Assembly: GCF_009914755.1 (NCBI RefSeq)
Contig: NC_060927.1
Source of the DNA: the human T2T-CHM13v2.0 reference genome, Homo sapiens
Direction: 5' to 3' (one strand)
DNA length: 64,000 nt
The translations under genes were made by a program, and so were the position numbers. Under the pieces are notes generated by a model. The model did not search any database. It was not told the DNA's origin and saw nothing but the letters and a program-made list of their open reading frames with translations. Positions 41,301-56,270 of this stretch are shown here, piece after piece. Position 1 is the first letter of the stretch. Every line of letters starts with the position of its first letter.

Positions 41301-43713
41301 TCCACCACTGGCTTTAGTGTTAGATTACTAGCACCAAGTAAGTATTATATTATAAGCACCGAGTTATTAACTTGGTTATTGAATGCTTAACCAAGTTATT
41401 AACTTGGTTATTGAGTGCTTACCAAGCATTCATTAGGAACTACGTTAAATAAAAGAAAAAAGGAGTGAAACAAAGAGAAGATGTTTCGGTTTAAAAAACA
41501 GACAACTATTTTGAATAAAAATGCCAAGTGTTACAACTTATTTTGACACTCTATGTACAGCTGTTATTTTTGGTTTTATTCCTGAACCAAGGGGTTTAGA
41601 AATTTAGATAGCTGGAAGCTAACTATTATCCTAGATACCAGGTATTATTATTATTCCATTTTATATAAAGGAATAAAATAAAGTTCCACTTTATTTATAA
41701 GGAAAATAAGTAAGGTTGGGGACAAAGCCAGTATATTCTAGAGCAAAAAGTGAAATCCAGGCCTGATTTTGGAGCCTGGTAACAAACTCCAACCCAGGAT
41801 CACAGAAACTGAGAATTACAGGATCCTAAGTGATTATGTCAGTTGTTAGTTGAAGCCAACCTCTTAAGTCTCCCAACAATGAAATGAGAAGAGGAATTAG
41901 GCCTTTTCTAATTTATCTAAGTTCTGGTATGCCCTATGATCTAATGAAGTGAATCATTTTTCCTTTATAACAGTAATAAAAGAGGAGACATGGTCTGTTT
42001 TATAGTTTTGTGGCATTCAATGAATCAACTATATATAAATTCTTTTTTACAGCTCACTCCAGAAGTTAAACAATTAGGTTGAAATTAGAAATCTCAGAAG
42101 TCTAATTTTGGTTGAAACACCAAATCTAAGAGTAACATGAAATTAACTGGAGGATATTAGCATTGCAATATAAATACCCACAATATATGAGATTAGAACT
42201 TAGGAAATCTTAATGAGAATTATTTAGAGAGAACTAAGCAATATTAAAGTTCAGCTTTCAATAAGAGATAAAATTTTCACTCAGTGTTCTCTATTATACT
42301 AATCTGTTTCAATGATCACAACATGAAAGTTCACACAGAAATATTTAAAGGAATGTTTTTATAACTGAACTCACAATATTTCATACCTATAGTTAATAAA
42401 ATAAAAACAGTATCTCATACCAATAACCTAAGAAATTGGGGTAACATCTCATAAAAAAATTAACAGCCAGTTTTCTAGAGCTTAGGAGGGCAAATTTATA
42501 ATAGCATTAAAACTATAACATGTTATCTAAAAGAACCCCGAGACAAGATATCTTCAATGAAATGGCTATAACAACTATTATATTTCAAGTATTTTTGAAG
42601 TCCGTTTAGAAAATAAATTATAACATGCTGCTGAGATATAACTAGTTAATTACAGCTTCTTCTAACACTCTTCCCAAGACAAGTGTGATCACATATGAAT
42701 AAAAAGTAAAGCTAAAGGGGGAAAAAAAAAAACCTGAAAATTTTTGAAAATGAATGGCAGGTCCTTCCAATCAGCATTCTAGGTTGTGGAAAAACTCTTT
42801 TGAGGAGGAGCTCCCCACTAACAGAGATTATTATAAAATTGGTTTTATTAGTATGTTCTCTTACATTTACATTATATTTAGGTGAACCTGAGGAAACCTT
42901 TAGAGATCCTCATATTTATAATAGATGAGACTGAAGGTACCAAGGTGAGTCACCAGCAAAGAGTCAAAGCAAACTGCCACCACTCCTTGCCTTTGGTTTT
43001 GAATGCTGTGCTACTGAGTTGTGACTCTTCCTTTCCTGGCTACCCCATATCACTGAGGTTAAATACTGTCATACAAAGTGTTCATTATCACTGTACCTCC
43101 ACACACAGAGGAGCTGAGTGCAAGTCACGCTTCTTCCTTATATCCTGAATATAAGATGAACTCACCAACTTTAACCATTATATTGAAGGACTAGACTACT
43201 TCTGTAAAATATCAATTTAAGGTCTACAGAGATGAGATCACTTTAATATTATAGTCTTCAGAAGAGCCAAGGCCTCCATCAGCAGAGGGAAGATGGCAAG
43301 GATCTAATCTCAGAGTCAAAAGCACCCTGGAACCAAATACCAGAAATTATTACAGTATACCTCTGCCAAGGAACTACCAAGAATTCTAAAGTAAATGATT
43401 TCTGCTGCTGTCTCTTCAGTTTCCTGCACACATAAACTCCTTCCTGGACATATAAATGATAGTAGTAACATCCTTCAAGTGAGAAGTCAACAAGGGTGAG
43501 AATCTCTCAATTTTAGGGGAAAAGAACTTGGGAAAAGAACTTGATTTTTAAGAGTAAACTTGGTTTAGTGTTTTTAAGTATATAGGAGGTTCATTTTACC
43601 TGGCTGCCTAATGTGCACTGTCCCAGGCAACAATAACTAACTCCAACAACTGATTTATGACATGTACAGTAACACAACTTGTAAAAATTGGATGGAACTA
43701 AAGGAGTTTGTTA

Positions 43714-44053
<340 letters not shown>

Positions 44054-44339
44054 TTAATAGAAGAAATTTTTGGCAAATGAAATACGGGAAGGTGAAATAA
44101 ATCTCTGGCAAATTGTCTAGTGTCTTCACATTAAAATTAAATCATTACTTAGAACCTCCTGACTTCTCTTAAGTTCAAGTTTTAATGAGCTTCTGATTAT
44201 TTATAACTTGGGGATAATTAAAGACTTACAGGGAAGTGCCATGCTAGGCAAAAAAAAACACTTCCCAACCTTTTATGCTACTGACCATCAGAAGCATTTA
44301 TAAGCAGATTCTCTAGCTTCTGCTTTGCGTATTTCTTAC

Positions 44340-44705
44340 CTTAGCTCCTTCTAAAGGCAAATCATGGCGTCTGTGTTTCCGCATAAGCACTGGGTCAGAG
44401 CCCACTCTACTGTGCCTTCCATTGACATTTGAACTCGCTGTGATTCCAGGTTTTGGAGAGCCCTCCCCTAGGAGTCGACATCCCACAAGCTGATTAGTCC
44501 CAAACACATCCCGAGGGCACCATGCTTCAAGAGGCATTGGCGGGTCTCTGGAAGGCACGCTTTCCACATGATGGATGTGTCTACTCAGTCTATTGTCTGG
44601 TGGGATTGGTGGAGGTCTTTCAGGTGGCGGTGGAGGAGGATCTCTTAAGGGAGGAGGTGGTGCTGGGAGTGGTTTATCTTGTTTTCTCACCATGCAAGGA
44701 GAAGA
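44340..44705 (-). CDS. CBLB: CBLB exon 12 (366 bp, phase 0-0), main proline-rich SH3-binding region
   Basis: tttag|TCT TCT CCT TGC ATG...GCT AAG|gtaaga; overlaps ORF 44313..44693 ([32 protein letters not shown]...EGAK). Confidence 0.99.
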
Positions 44706-46233
44706 CTAAAGAAACAGAAGAGAAAAAAAAAAAAAAAAAAAAAACTAAAGGTTGTACCATGCACTGACAGAACTTCCAAACTAGTGTATTATTGCTTTAA
44801 TTTTCTAAGCCAAACAAGGAGTTTTACTAGATTCCTGTGCCATCTTTTAATAAGTTGCTTTTATTACTAGTTAATGAAATTTAAATGAGAATAAAAAACT
44901 CATAAATACATTTCATTAGGAAAAAGTAGAAATGAGTACATAAATCCAAATGTTAAGTTATAGAAATGATACAGAAACAAGTAGAAGATCAAAATCATAC
45001 AATGACTTTGACATTAAAAGAATATGTCAATAATTTATTTGCACATCTCTATGATTTAGGAGAGAGGAGAAAAGTTGTCATGGTTTCAGTTTTTTTAAAG
45101 AGTAACTTGATTTGTAATATTTGTAATATTTTTAGAAGATTAAAAGCTTTTTCTTTATTTTTGTTTTCATCACTGTGATACAGCAAAACTGATATGGGGG
45201 CAAATGTGCTCTGCTTCTTTATCAGTTATTACCAGAATAGTAAAAGATCACAAGTAACAGAGCAGCACTACATATGGAATTACTTCAATTTTATGAATTC
45301 TTACAGTATTTTAAAAGATCAGGCTGATTCTTACATAGAAATATAAAGGTATAGATCAATGAATTGAATGAGTATGCTTTTCGTAGCTTTTGACTTTTAT
45401 TTACATGGTTAATCTGATGATTGACTTGTAATTTTAATGTTAGAAAATAGCAGAGAAAAAAGGAATCTGTTGTGTTTACATAATTCTAAATGATATTCTA
45501 ATAATGTGTGATCTTAAAACCAGGTTAACTGGTAATACAGGAAAATAAAACACTACTAAATATATTGTGCTTCCAACAAATTTTAGACAACAGAGCATGT
45601 TACCAAATAAAATTAATTTTTAAAATCTTATACTTATCAAATTCGAGGAAAAAATCCACACAGTAAAATAAACTGTAGGTTTAACTGTAGAGTAAGAATT
45701 ATGTCTTTAATATTAAACAGTAATATAATTACTCTGCAAATATTGCAATTCATTGTAATTAATTTCTCCAGGTTTAAAAACTACATATAATTCCCTCTTC
45801 TGAGTTGCCTTGAAACAAGGGTGATAATTTGTCATACCTTAAGCCCTTATGCAAATATACTCCCATCACATTTTTCTTGTCATGGCACTATAAAAATGAG
45901 CGTAAAATATCATTTGATAACAGCATGCAAATTATTTCAATGCATATAATGACCTTTTAAATCTATTTTACAAAATAACTATACTTACTCTGCTTCTTAT
46001 TCTGGCAAATCATGGGGCTACAGACATATGCTCTCTGCAAAAATTATGTGTAACTCTCATAGTAATAAAACAAGAAATATGAATGTGGGCTCACCATAAA
46101 CTAAACGAGAAACTCATCAAACTTATTCACAATTAAAAGCAAAAAAATATGAGTAATGGAATTTAAAAGAATCTGAGCAATCAATAATTGTCTTACAAAA
46201 TTTTCATCTGTGTTTCTAATAAAATTGATCTAC

Positions 46234-46419
46234 CTTTGGTGAACCCGTTGGGCTGCCACAGGGAGATCTAACTATGCCTTTCTGAATTAGATCCAGGCGA
46301 GGAGGCACGGGTGGCAGGCTTAGATGTGGGATCTGGAGTGGGTCAGGCTGTGGCTTTCTTCTCTGGGCAAGGGGAGAGGATCCTGGTGATGTGACTGGTG
46401 AGTTCTGCCTGTCAGTGCA
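46234..46419 (-). CDS. CBLB: CBLB exon 11 (186 bp, phase 0-0), Ser/Pro-rich
   Basis: ttctag|TGC ACT GAC...CCA AAG|gtagat; [62 protein letters not shown]. Confidence 0.98.
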
Positions 46420-47419
46420 CTAGAACAGAAAAAGAGAAAGATGCCGCTGTTTATTAGCTGTGCAGAGTGTTCTCTGTTCTTAAAGAATACATTTGGTTGG
46501 AAGAAGGTTTCTGGCACCATACATTTGTTAAAATGAATTCCCTTAGTTTACCCTGATTAATAGAAGCAAATAGTTCATACTGTCCCTCAAGGGTAGTATT
46601 ACGAAAAGAAAAGACTGATAAGTTTTTCCTACATATTGCAGAAAGGGGCTAAGAAAAAAGAACAGCAAAAGTATAGTATAAAGACAATCAAATGCAGATA
46701 TTCTTCAAGAAAACCATCTATATTTTATGAGGAATCCAGAAACACATAATGCAATAATGCACATTGCTCTTGGATCTCTATATTATAAATTTTTTTGCTC
46801 GAGCTTTGTACATTCTAATACTTAGCTATTGCTTTGTTCCAAACATGTATCTTGTATGTAGTCTATTTTCCTGCAAACCAATTAAATCAGGTGGGGTTTT
46901 AAAAAAATAATTGTGTGTTTAAAACAAACTGATTTAAGCCTATTTTTTTTTCCTTAATACTACACATGGAAAAGATTCTCAAGTTAAACATTTTTCTTGA
47001 AACACAATGAACTATATCTAGGAAAGTCTGTCTGTACTTCTGGCAAAAACTAATTAAGTTTCTGTTACTACAAGTTTTCCATATTGTCTGGTAGATAAAG
47101 TAGCATCGAAAAGCCAGTAAGTATTTCAATTTGTACGTAACACTTCCTATTGCATAATGTTGTGTGTTTGTGTGTGTGTGTCTATGTGTTTTAATGCAGC
47201 ATAACCTAATTTCTATTTGTTATAAAAGCCATACAGTTAATCAAGTAGCCTTAACAGGATAAACAATATTCTGTTCTAAAATACTGGGCAGTTTCCTTTT
47301 CAAGTCTAAGTTACTAGCTCTTTGAAGATTTAGACTTAATGTTTACAACACTATCTATCATGCTTTGATATTGTTCTGTTTCTGAATGCTAGTATTTATA
47401 GTTTTAAACTTATTTGTAA

Positions 47420-48080
47420 GCCATTTTCCTCCTAACATTACTTACCTTTGTACGAATTGCTGATGTCATCATTTGACAATTTAATATGAACTCAGCAGCT
47501 TTATCATTTAGTCTGTCTTTAACTGAGATAATGGATTTGCGTTCACATTCACACTTAGTTACATTGTATAAGGCTTTTGTTAATTAACTAAAATCCATAG
47601 TTTATTCAGATTTCCTTAGTTTATACCCAATGTCCTTTTTCTTCTCCAGGATTTCATGCAGGATACTGTATTAGTTTTTATTATTACGTCTCCCTACTCT
47701 CCTTTTGGCTCTGACAGTTTCTCAGACATCCATTGTGTCTGATGACTTTGACAGTTTTGTAAAGTACTGGTTAGAGATTATACAGAATGTTTCTTTATTG
47801 GGATTTGTCTAATTTTTAAAAATAATTAGCCTGGGGTTAAAAGTTTTGAGGAGTAGGACCACGGAAGTAAAGTGTCATTTTGACCACATCATATCAAGGA
47901 TCCATGCTATCAACATGATTCATCACTGCTGTTGCTGACCTTAATTACCTGACCGTGGTATTGTTTATCAGACTTCTTCACTGTTAAGTTTCTTTTTTTC
48001 TCCTCCTTCCCATAGTATACTCTTTGCAAGGAAGTCACTGCACAGCCCACATTTATATAGTTGGAAATTTATGCGTCCTT
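47420..48080 (-). mobile_element. Old L1 (L1MC-like) 3' end fragment
   Basis: cagtttctcagac...tttgacagttttg...agtactgg...cacatcatatcaagg...tatcaacatga motifs. Confidence 0.7.
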
Positions 48081-48108
48081 TGTAAAGACTTTTTAAAAAT
48101 AAATCTGA

Positions 48109-48420
48109 GGCCAGCCCTGGTGGCTGATGCCTGTAATGCCAGCACTTTGGGAGGCCAAGGCAGGAGGACTGCTTGAAGCCAGGAGTTTGAGACTAGCCTG
48201 GGCAACATGGCAAGACCTCCTCTTTACTAATTTTTTATTTTTTTTAAATTAGAATGGTGTGGTGATACACGCCTCCAGTCCCACTACTCAAGAGGCTAAG
48301 GTAGGAGGATTCCTTGAGCCCAGGAGTTTGACTCTACAGTAAGCTATAATCGTACCACTGCACTCCAGCCTGGGCAACAGAGCAAGACCCTGTCTCTAAA
48401 AAAATAATAAAATAAATAAA
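48109..48420 (+). mobile_element. Alu (AluJ-like)
   Basis: Diverged consensus (ggaggattccttgagcccaggagtttga); TSD aaataaatctga. Confidence 0.92.
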
Positions 48421-51400
48421 TCTGAGTAGCTAAACAGAAGACTATACCTCCGATATGCCTGAATATTGTCATGACATTACTAAACTGCAAAGTCTTTGTC
48501 TCTGTTGGTGCCGAATAACAAAATCATTCAACAAAATTCAACATAATTTTACATTACAATTTTTAGAAACATTTCTTTTTTAAAAATTAATGATTCTTTT
48601 TCATTTCTTTTAGCTCGGTTATGGTAAGTCAAAAAAATTCAATTGTCACTGAAGGAGAAAATAAAGAATCTCTATAGTCACAAACTGACTTGAGTACAGC
48701 CAGTGATTCTTAACAAAAGAATAGTTCTACCCAGAAAGTCACAGGGCCTCACATGTTCCATAAATTTGAACCTTCTGGAGCAAAACTAATCCCAAAATCA
48801 TCATAGATCAGAAAAAATTCCTCATGTAAAGCTATTTGCATCACAGCATCTTGACACTGTAGATCAGCAATTGTCACAGGACATCTAATTCTCCACCATT
48901 CCTATTAGGATAAATTATATTCTCTGAGAACTAGAAAAGCTATTACCTGAAAAAAATGCTTTGTTGATATGGCTACTCTCCTTTACAAAGAAGAATCAAG
49001 AAGCAAAGCTATCAATACTGTTTCTAGCCCAAACAATATATTTTTTTATATATAGAAAGAATGCACAGTTCTTTAGTTACTTGCAAAAACACTTTTCAGG
49101 GCTAGATGTACACACTGCAAAGACTGCTGAATGAGACCTGTGCTCCTCCAAGCACTTTTTTTCTGCAAATATTTTCCTACTTCTCTCATTAACTGAAACA
49201 AGACACAGAATTGTGATAGAGCTAACAGCCCATTATCAGTATTAGGACTTGACTTTCACCCTAGATTGGATTAATTACTAATATTTAAGCAGTTAGTAAA
49301 TTTCTAGCATGTTTAAATGGTGTAAATTTGATTTCAGATGTGTTGAAGAGCCTGTTGGATACTGAAAGAGTATAATGAAAATCCTCAGAACAGACATCCA
49401 AACCAATGTGTGTGGCAAAGTAATAACCTTGAACTTTTAGATACTTCCAGACGAGCAGGCTCTCTGAAGCTTTGTGAATGTAATTGGAAGCATATCTTGC
49501 TTAGCGCAATTCATACTGTGTTCTGAAGGTGATTATGTACTGTCCTTTTGAAGAATTAATTCATTTAGAAGCTACACAGTATCTGTAAGTTGGCTTAGTT
49601 AGAAGGATTTTATGGAGAGTATGTGAAGAAAAAAAATATCTTTCATCTTTATTGATTATATGTACTAAACTCACCAAACCTCATTTTCCTGAGTTCTCCT
49701 AAATTAGAGTAAAATTCCTAAGAGTAGATAATTTAACAATGCTCTTTTGATAGTAATGCATTATTCTTTGCTGAACCTTTTACTATTTTTAAAAACAATT
49801 ATGCAGTTAGTGTACTGAAGCTTTGCCTTAACTTTCATTGCTGGTAAAATTCAAACACTATGAAGATTTGTAAACATTTTTAGTAGGTAATGTTCATATA
49901 GAAGGTCACTTTTAATTTATTTGAGTCATCACAAATTGTGTTTTTTCCTTCCTATTTGAAAGTCTACGGAAAAAAAGGAAATCTAGCACAATGTTGCACA
50001 ATCCAGTCCATAATTAATTTATTGGATGAGATATTAAAAATTCAGGACATCAAAATTTATCAGCTCACTTTAAAGAATAAAAAGTCTGCTCTTTTTTATC
50101 CTTCTGAAAATAAAAAAAAACAAAGTACATCAATTCAATGTAGACCAAAATTATTTCTCCTTTAAAAGACAATGCTGTCTTTTTGTAATAGCTGCATTTT
50201 TTATTTTTATTTTTGCATTTTAAAAGACTAAATTCTAGAGTAACAGACTTTTCCCCTGTACAGGTAATCACCAGGTAATTCAAATGCCTCTATAGCTGGG
50301 ACCTGAATGTGGGAATTCATCTTTAGCCCACCAGTTCATATTATCCCCTAAATTGACTCCTTATCAGCCATTTCCTCCACCCTTTTCTGGGCTTTCTTCC
50401 ACAGTTCTAATCCCCAGCTCAAATCACCCAGGCCATTTATCTTTTTCTACATGTGATAGGTGATAAAGGGAGCTGTTGGGGTAAAACAATAATAACAAAC
50501 AAACATAGAGCCAATCCCCTGGCTCAGGTTTAAATTCTAAGACTGTGAACTGTGCTAATTATCACTTACTGATTTGTCCACTGTTCCTCTTAATCACTAC
50601 TACTTCCATTGTGTATAAAAATGCAGACCAAATACATAAGTATAAAACATCTTGGGTAGAAAAGTAGCAAAGGATTCATTTAAATTCTGAATAACAACAG
50701 TTAGTATTTTGTTCATACGGATACTCTTGATTAGAAAATGTAAATTTCAAGTATGACTATCTAAGCTCTAATGCCAACTGGTTATAAAGAACAATTTTTT
50801 TTTGCATTTGAGTAATCATATAAATAAATGTATAACCTGATTTCAAACCACAGATCTCCTATATTTAAATTTCCTATATTCAAATTGCTTATATTTAAAT
50901 TTCAGTTATAATATAAAGAGGCCATGCAGTCTTGAAAATGTCACCACCTATTGGTGGTGTTATCTGTAGATTAAAGAATAAAATTAATGCATTTGACAGA
51001 ACATTATGGGTTAATAAAATTAAATAATGCATTATAAAATAAATGCTGATGTAAAACATTTATAAACATTATGTAAAATAAATGCTGATGTAAAATATTT
51101 AATTTTTATTTAGATGAAATTGTTAGGAAAATGGATTATTTTGATGTAAAAGGGACAGAATGTAATCTATTATATTATCTCCAAATTTCTAGTCAAAGCT
51201 TGCCCATCTACACTGCCAAAAGGTAATTCCATTAAAGTTACTGTTAAACAAAATGCCCACCCTTGTTATTTCTTATTTTGTCCCAGACAATTCCTCCCAC
51301 TATCAGCTCTTAATGCAATAGTAACAAAATCAAATATCTAACCAAATAATTAAATTAAGTAAAAATGCATTCAAAAGTCAAATAGAAATGCCTCTTGGAT

Positions 51401-54400
51401 TATTTGCTATTATTAGCACTGACCTTTAAAAAAGCAAACTTAAAATTTAATTTAACATGATTAGGCTTTCTTTTTAACCTAGAAAGGGTCTTAAACACAA
51501 AAACAACAAATGATAACAAGAAAAGTAGTTTAAGAATTGGATTAGGCTTATAAATTTAGGGGTATGCATGTTGTCAAACTGTTTCCCATAAAAAATACGT
51601 TTTACTGGTTTTGGCAGTTCTGTCCTTGTATCTTTTCAATTTTCTGTTTATTTCACTTTTTCTCTCTTCATTATAAAGAACATAATTTCACTCTAGGAAA
51701 TTTTGGAATTATAGGGAAATATAAAGATATTTTAAAGAACACCTACATATAGCCATTGGTGATGGTTCCTAATCACATACACAATGTTAAGTCTACTCAA
51801 TGTTTATTAGCATTATACAAAAAAAAATTAGCGGTAAACATTCTTCATGAATATAATTTTAAAGTATGCATATATGGATTTACAAAACCATTCCTGTGCA
51901 ATGAACACTTATGCTGTTTTCAAGTTTTCTTTATTATAAAGTAGTATCATAAAGAAATCTTTAACCATATATGTGCTAGTTTTTAAGGAAAGAATCATAC
52001 AATTTTTTTGAGCACAAGATACTAGACATGTAACCGTGTCGAATTTATGAATATTTTTAAGGCTCTTTTGCTGTCCAGATGGTAAAACCAATTTATTCTC
52101 TCACCAGCCATGTGTGATAATTACCATTACACAAAACTCAAATGCAAAGAATATTTTGTTTGCTTTGATGCTTGATTGTCATTTTAATGGGCCATACCAA
52201 TGTTTAAATTTGCCCTTCCTTCCTTGACAAATAATTTGAAAGAAATGCAATCTTTGTTGGACATGTGTACTTCTTCTTTGGGTCACTAGCTTTTTACATT
52301 TTTTTGGTCCCCATATCCACTAATTTCCTCTTTGTTGATTTGAAAGTGCTCTTTATATATTAGGATAGTCAACCTCTTTCTATCTGTTATAATTGCTGTC
52401 ACTATTTTTTCTGCAGTTAAATTTTTCTGACTTTTTCATGGTAGAGATTTCGCCTGTGCTCTTCTGGTTTTCATGTGTTAATGAATGACTAAAGTATCAT
52501 GTCCTTTTGAGCACTGCTTAAATGAGTTCCTTTCTTTGTCACTCCTTCATGTTCATCTATCTAATCTTAAGACAAACAAATATAAGTATGGAAAAATTAA
52601 GTCATAAAGCATAGAAAGTAGAATGTGAACACAGAATTAACTGTATAGAACTTATTCACAATATCCAAAATCCTTATGTAGAGGTAACTGCAAAAGTTGG
52701 GAAAGACACAAACATCCTTTCAAGTTAAAAGATACTGATCAGTATCACTTCATTCCTTTATCTTGATTTTAGGTGATTCTCACATTTTTCTAGTATTACA
52801 CTTGTTTCTAAAACTTTATGATAAATTATCTGTTTCAGCTTCTTTCCAAATCCAAAGGCTGAGCCAGCCTTGATTCCTTCCTGTATTATCATCACACCAG
52901 TATATTTGTCTAACTAACAATTTCTCTTAAGTTCTTCAATCCTAGTAACAGATGAGAACATCTTTTACAAACTAGAATCCTGGTGTTCTAGAAATTTAAA
53001 GACCACATTGGATTCTTTTACGTCTACATACTCATCCTTTTGCTTTGGAAATTAATAAATACTATTATTTATTTTTCTGACAAAATGCACAGAATCCTTT
53101 ATAACTACCACGAGGAACAGAGAAATCCACATGTTCAATCTTAACAGAAAATCCTGACAGAAAAACCCTAAGAAGTAAAGTAGTCAAAAGCCCATCTCAT
53201 TATGTTCAGCAATTACCAATAATAATTGGGAACTCATTCTATTTTAGTCACTCTTCATTTTATCCACACCTTTAAAGAGCCATTTTATAAAAACGTTAAT
53301 AAGATCCATTATTATGGAAATGGCAAAACATTTGGTAAGAAACTTCAAGCACAGTCAGGCTTATTATAAAAACAGGACAAGAGAAAACCTCTCCAATTAC
53401 TAATAAGATGAGAGTTCTGACAGTCCCAGAGATAATCAAAGTCAATTTTATAATACTTTTAACAAGATTTTTACTTAATGAATTTCCATATCTGAACAAG
53501 GTATATACAGTTACTATAATAAGGATGATGAGAAGGACTCAGAGAGTCAATGTTTTTCTATAAATGCGTGAAAATTAATGAAGGACATTGATAAAACTTT
53601 TATCACATGATAAAATAGTCTAAGCATATTTTACTTGCTACTATTCTCAGTTTTTTCATTTTATTTTGTGAACAAAACAAAAATCAAGAGTATTTAAAAT
53701 AGTAGCCTATACAGAATATTATTCAGAGAGGGTATATGCTACAAAAATGCTTACACACATACTCACATATTCATATGGCATTATAGCTTAAGTAAATGAC
53801 TTGTGTTTCTATTTTAGAGTACCTCCACAGATAATAAACAAAAGCTTATATGAAGAATATTGTGTTAGAGCAATACAATCATTTCCTGCTTACCCATGGT
53901 CATACTTCCAGAAGTCTCAACCTACAATAATTTGGGGAGAAACCCAGAATGAAACAGGAAAGTCCTCTGAAGTAGGAGGAACATTTTTTTTTCTACTTCT
54001 TAATACAGAAACAGAATGTAGGCACCCTGCTACCTTCCTAAGAATATGGACATTTGATTTCTGTGTAAAATGAAGTTCACTAATTCAAAGGCTGAATTAC
54101 TGTCTATGTTCCACTAGTAACTTCTGGAAATTTTCAAATTAGAAGCAATAAAGAAGCGGAGGAAAACAGAAACCTATATATTAAGAAACACCAAATGGAA
54201 TAAGAGCTGATTTCTCTTTGAGGTCTGGCAGAGAAGTGGTCAATAAAGTTGCCGATAGGTCTCCTTTAAAGTAGTGCAGTCTCACACTTGGGGATAACCT
54301 TAAGGGCACTGCTCTACTGAAATATTAAACACTGTTAACACAAGTGATGATACTGCTTCTCCTTGAAGTACCTTCTTATGAGAGGGACTTGATCTCCTGG

Positions 54401-55238
54401 CCTATGATCAGCCTCCATAACCTTGAAATTTCTTTAAAGTTTTGTATTTTACTTTAAACATTTACACAAATTTTATATCCTGATCCAAATATATGTGTGA
54501 TTTTAATTTAAATTTATGGTTCTCTTCTCTTTATGCAAGCTACCCTCAAATCTTGTAGCAAAATGTAAGCTTTTAGAAATGTGTCATGTTGACTACAGTG
54601 GCTTCTTATGCCCTTTGGTTCGCTCAGCTGCATAACCAATTTTGAGAAGGCAGGGAAGGGTGACATATAATTCAGAAATATTTCCATAAAAATGGCCAAG
54701 AAACAAGAACATTCTGAGAATTAAAGGAATAAATTTTGGTCACTGAAAAAATGCTTTCATGTGAAAACCCTTATTGCTCTCCAAATGCCAGCTAAAGCTG
54801 GTTGGAACAAGCAATTGCTATTTGGTTACTGTAGTTCTTCACCCTACTTTAGATAATACTTAATCATTTCAACTTAGTTATACAGAAAATAAGAACATTG
54901 TAACCTTATCTAAATTATTTAATCCTCAAAATAGTGTTTCAGCTGACATGTTGACAAGTTTGCATTTTCTGAGTTTCAAACTTGAAGCATGGTTTAACAG
55001 TAAATTATTTTAATGTGGTCATGCAATGAAATTATAACTATATAGATGTTAATATGTTAAAGAAATACAACCAATTGCTTGGTAACCAATAAAATTTTGG
55101 CATCTAATTCTTCCTAATGGAATGCTATCAACATCTAAAAGAAAACCTTCCATAGACAACTCAAAAATACTAATAACTTAATTCTTAGAAGTACAGCAAT
55201 ATTTCAGGAGTCTTAAATAACACTAGTATAAAAAATGT

Positions 55239-55353
55239 GGCCAGGTGTGATGGCTCACACCTGTAATCCTGGCACTTTGGGAGGCCGAAGTGGAAGGATA
55301 ACTTGAGGCCAGGATTTCAAGACTATGCTGGGCATTAGAGTGAGACCCCATCT
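55239..55353 (+). mobile_element. Alu monomer (FLAM-like), followed by a MIR-like fragment
   Basis: ggccaggtgtgatggctcacacctgtaatcc...gagaccccatct. Confidence 0.8.
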
Positions 55354-56089
55354 TTGTTAATTTACTTTAAAAATAATATTAATAACAACCAATACTTAGC
55401 ATTTTCCATGTGCCAGCACTGTTCTAATGGCTTTTTATATATATGAACTCATTTAATCTTAAAGAGGCAGAGTTTTATGGACCAAGTACTTGGGGGAAGG
55501 GGAGTGGGAGGGGGTGTTAAATAAAACAAGGCACATAGATACTAAGTAGGAAAACTAGAAGATGAGCCCAGGCAGTTTCACTCCAAGAGGGCAGCTCTAC
55601 TTAAGAATATAACAATTAAGAACAGTGTCACCACTGATCATTAAAAAAAAAAAAATCCTTCTCAAGGGCCTACTGTGTATCAAGCACCATGCAAACCTCT
55701 AAGAATGGAAAGAAGAATAAAGCATAGCCTGTGTCCTCAAGGAGCTGACAATCTACCTGAGGCAGTGGACTCAAAACTTTTAGAGTTCAAGTGTTGCTTC
55801 TTCTAATATACTATGTATTCAAGTTATTTTTGAGAAATAAGTAACAATGTCTTCAAGGTATCCTATGACATCACACAGCACTTGGATGATGCAGTTGTTT
55901 CTTTTGCTAATCACATGCTAATAAAGAAAATACCACTATTTTGCACGAAGAGCTTTTAGAAGATCAGTAAACAGAGTGCAAGTAAACGATGAACAACAAA
56001 CCTGTGCCTTCGGATTGCTTACTGTCACTCACGGCTCTACCTAAATGTTGTGGGAAGGCAGTGGTGAGGACTAGACTATTAGTACTATG

Positions 56090-56270
56090 GTCAGAATAAT
56101 TCTTTTGGGTAGGACCACCCATGGGCTTGCAGGATATTTAGTATCTCTGGCCCTTCCCACTCAATGCCAGCAGTATTTGCCATCCTTTAGTCATTGCAAA
56201 AAACAAAAGTGTCCCCATATATTACTGAATACCCTCAAGAGGTAAAATTGCCTATAGTTGAGAACCATGT
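56090..56270 (-). mobile_element. MER20-like DNA transposon fragment
   Basis: ctctggcccttcccactcaatgccagcagt...aaaattgcc...gttgagaacca. Confidence 0.65.

Noticed and set aside
44706-44746. Alternative acceptor 39 nt upstream of exon 12
   Set aside because: It has a poor pyrimidine tract and the extension ends in an in-frame TAG; nothing suggests it is used.
44522-44870. Plus-strand ORFs overlapping exon 12 (also 20757-20957 and 62180-62728)
   Set aside because: They are antisense shadows of GC-rich coding exons with no independent support.
47440-47450. Perfect donor AAG|gtaagt on the gene strand
   Set aside because: It lies in an old L1 fragment with no plausible upstream acceptor.
48940-48960. 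tttttttcAG|GTaata ratchet-point-like motif in intron 10
   Set aside because: The tract is short and the donor weak; the intron is only ~16 kb and the motif is expected by chance.
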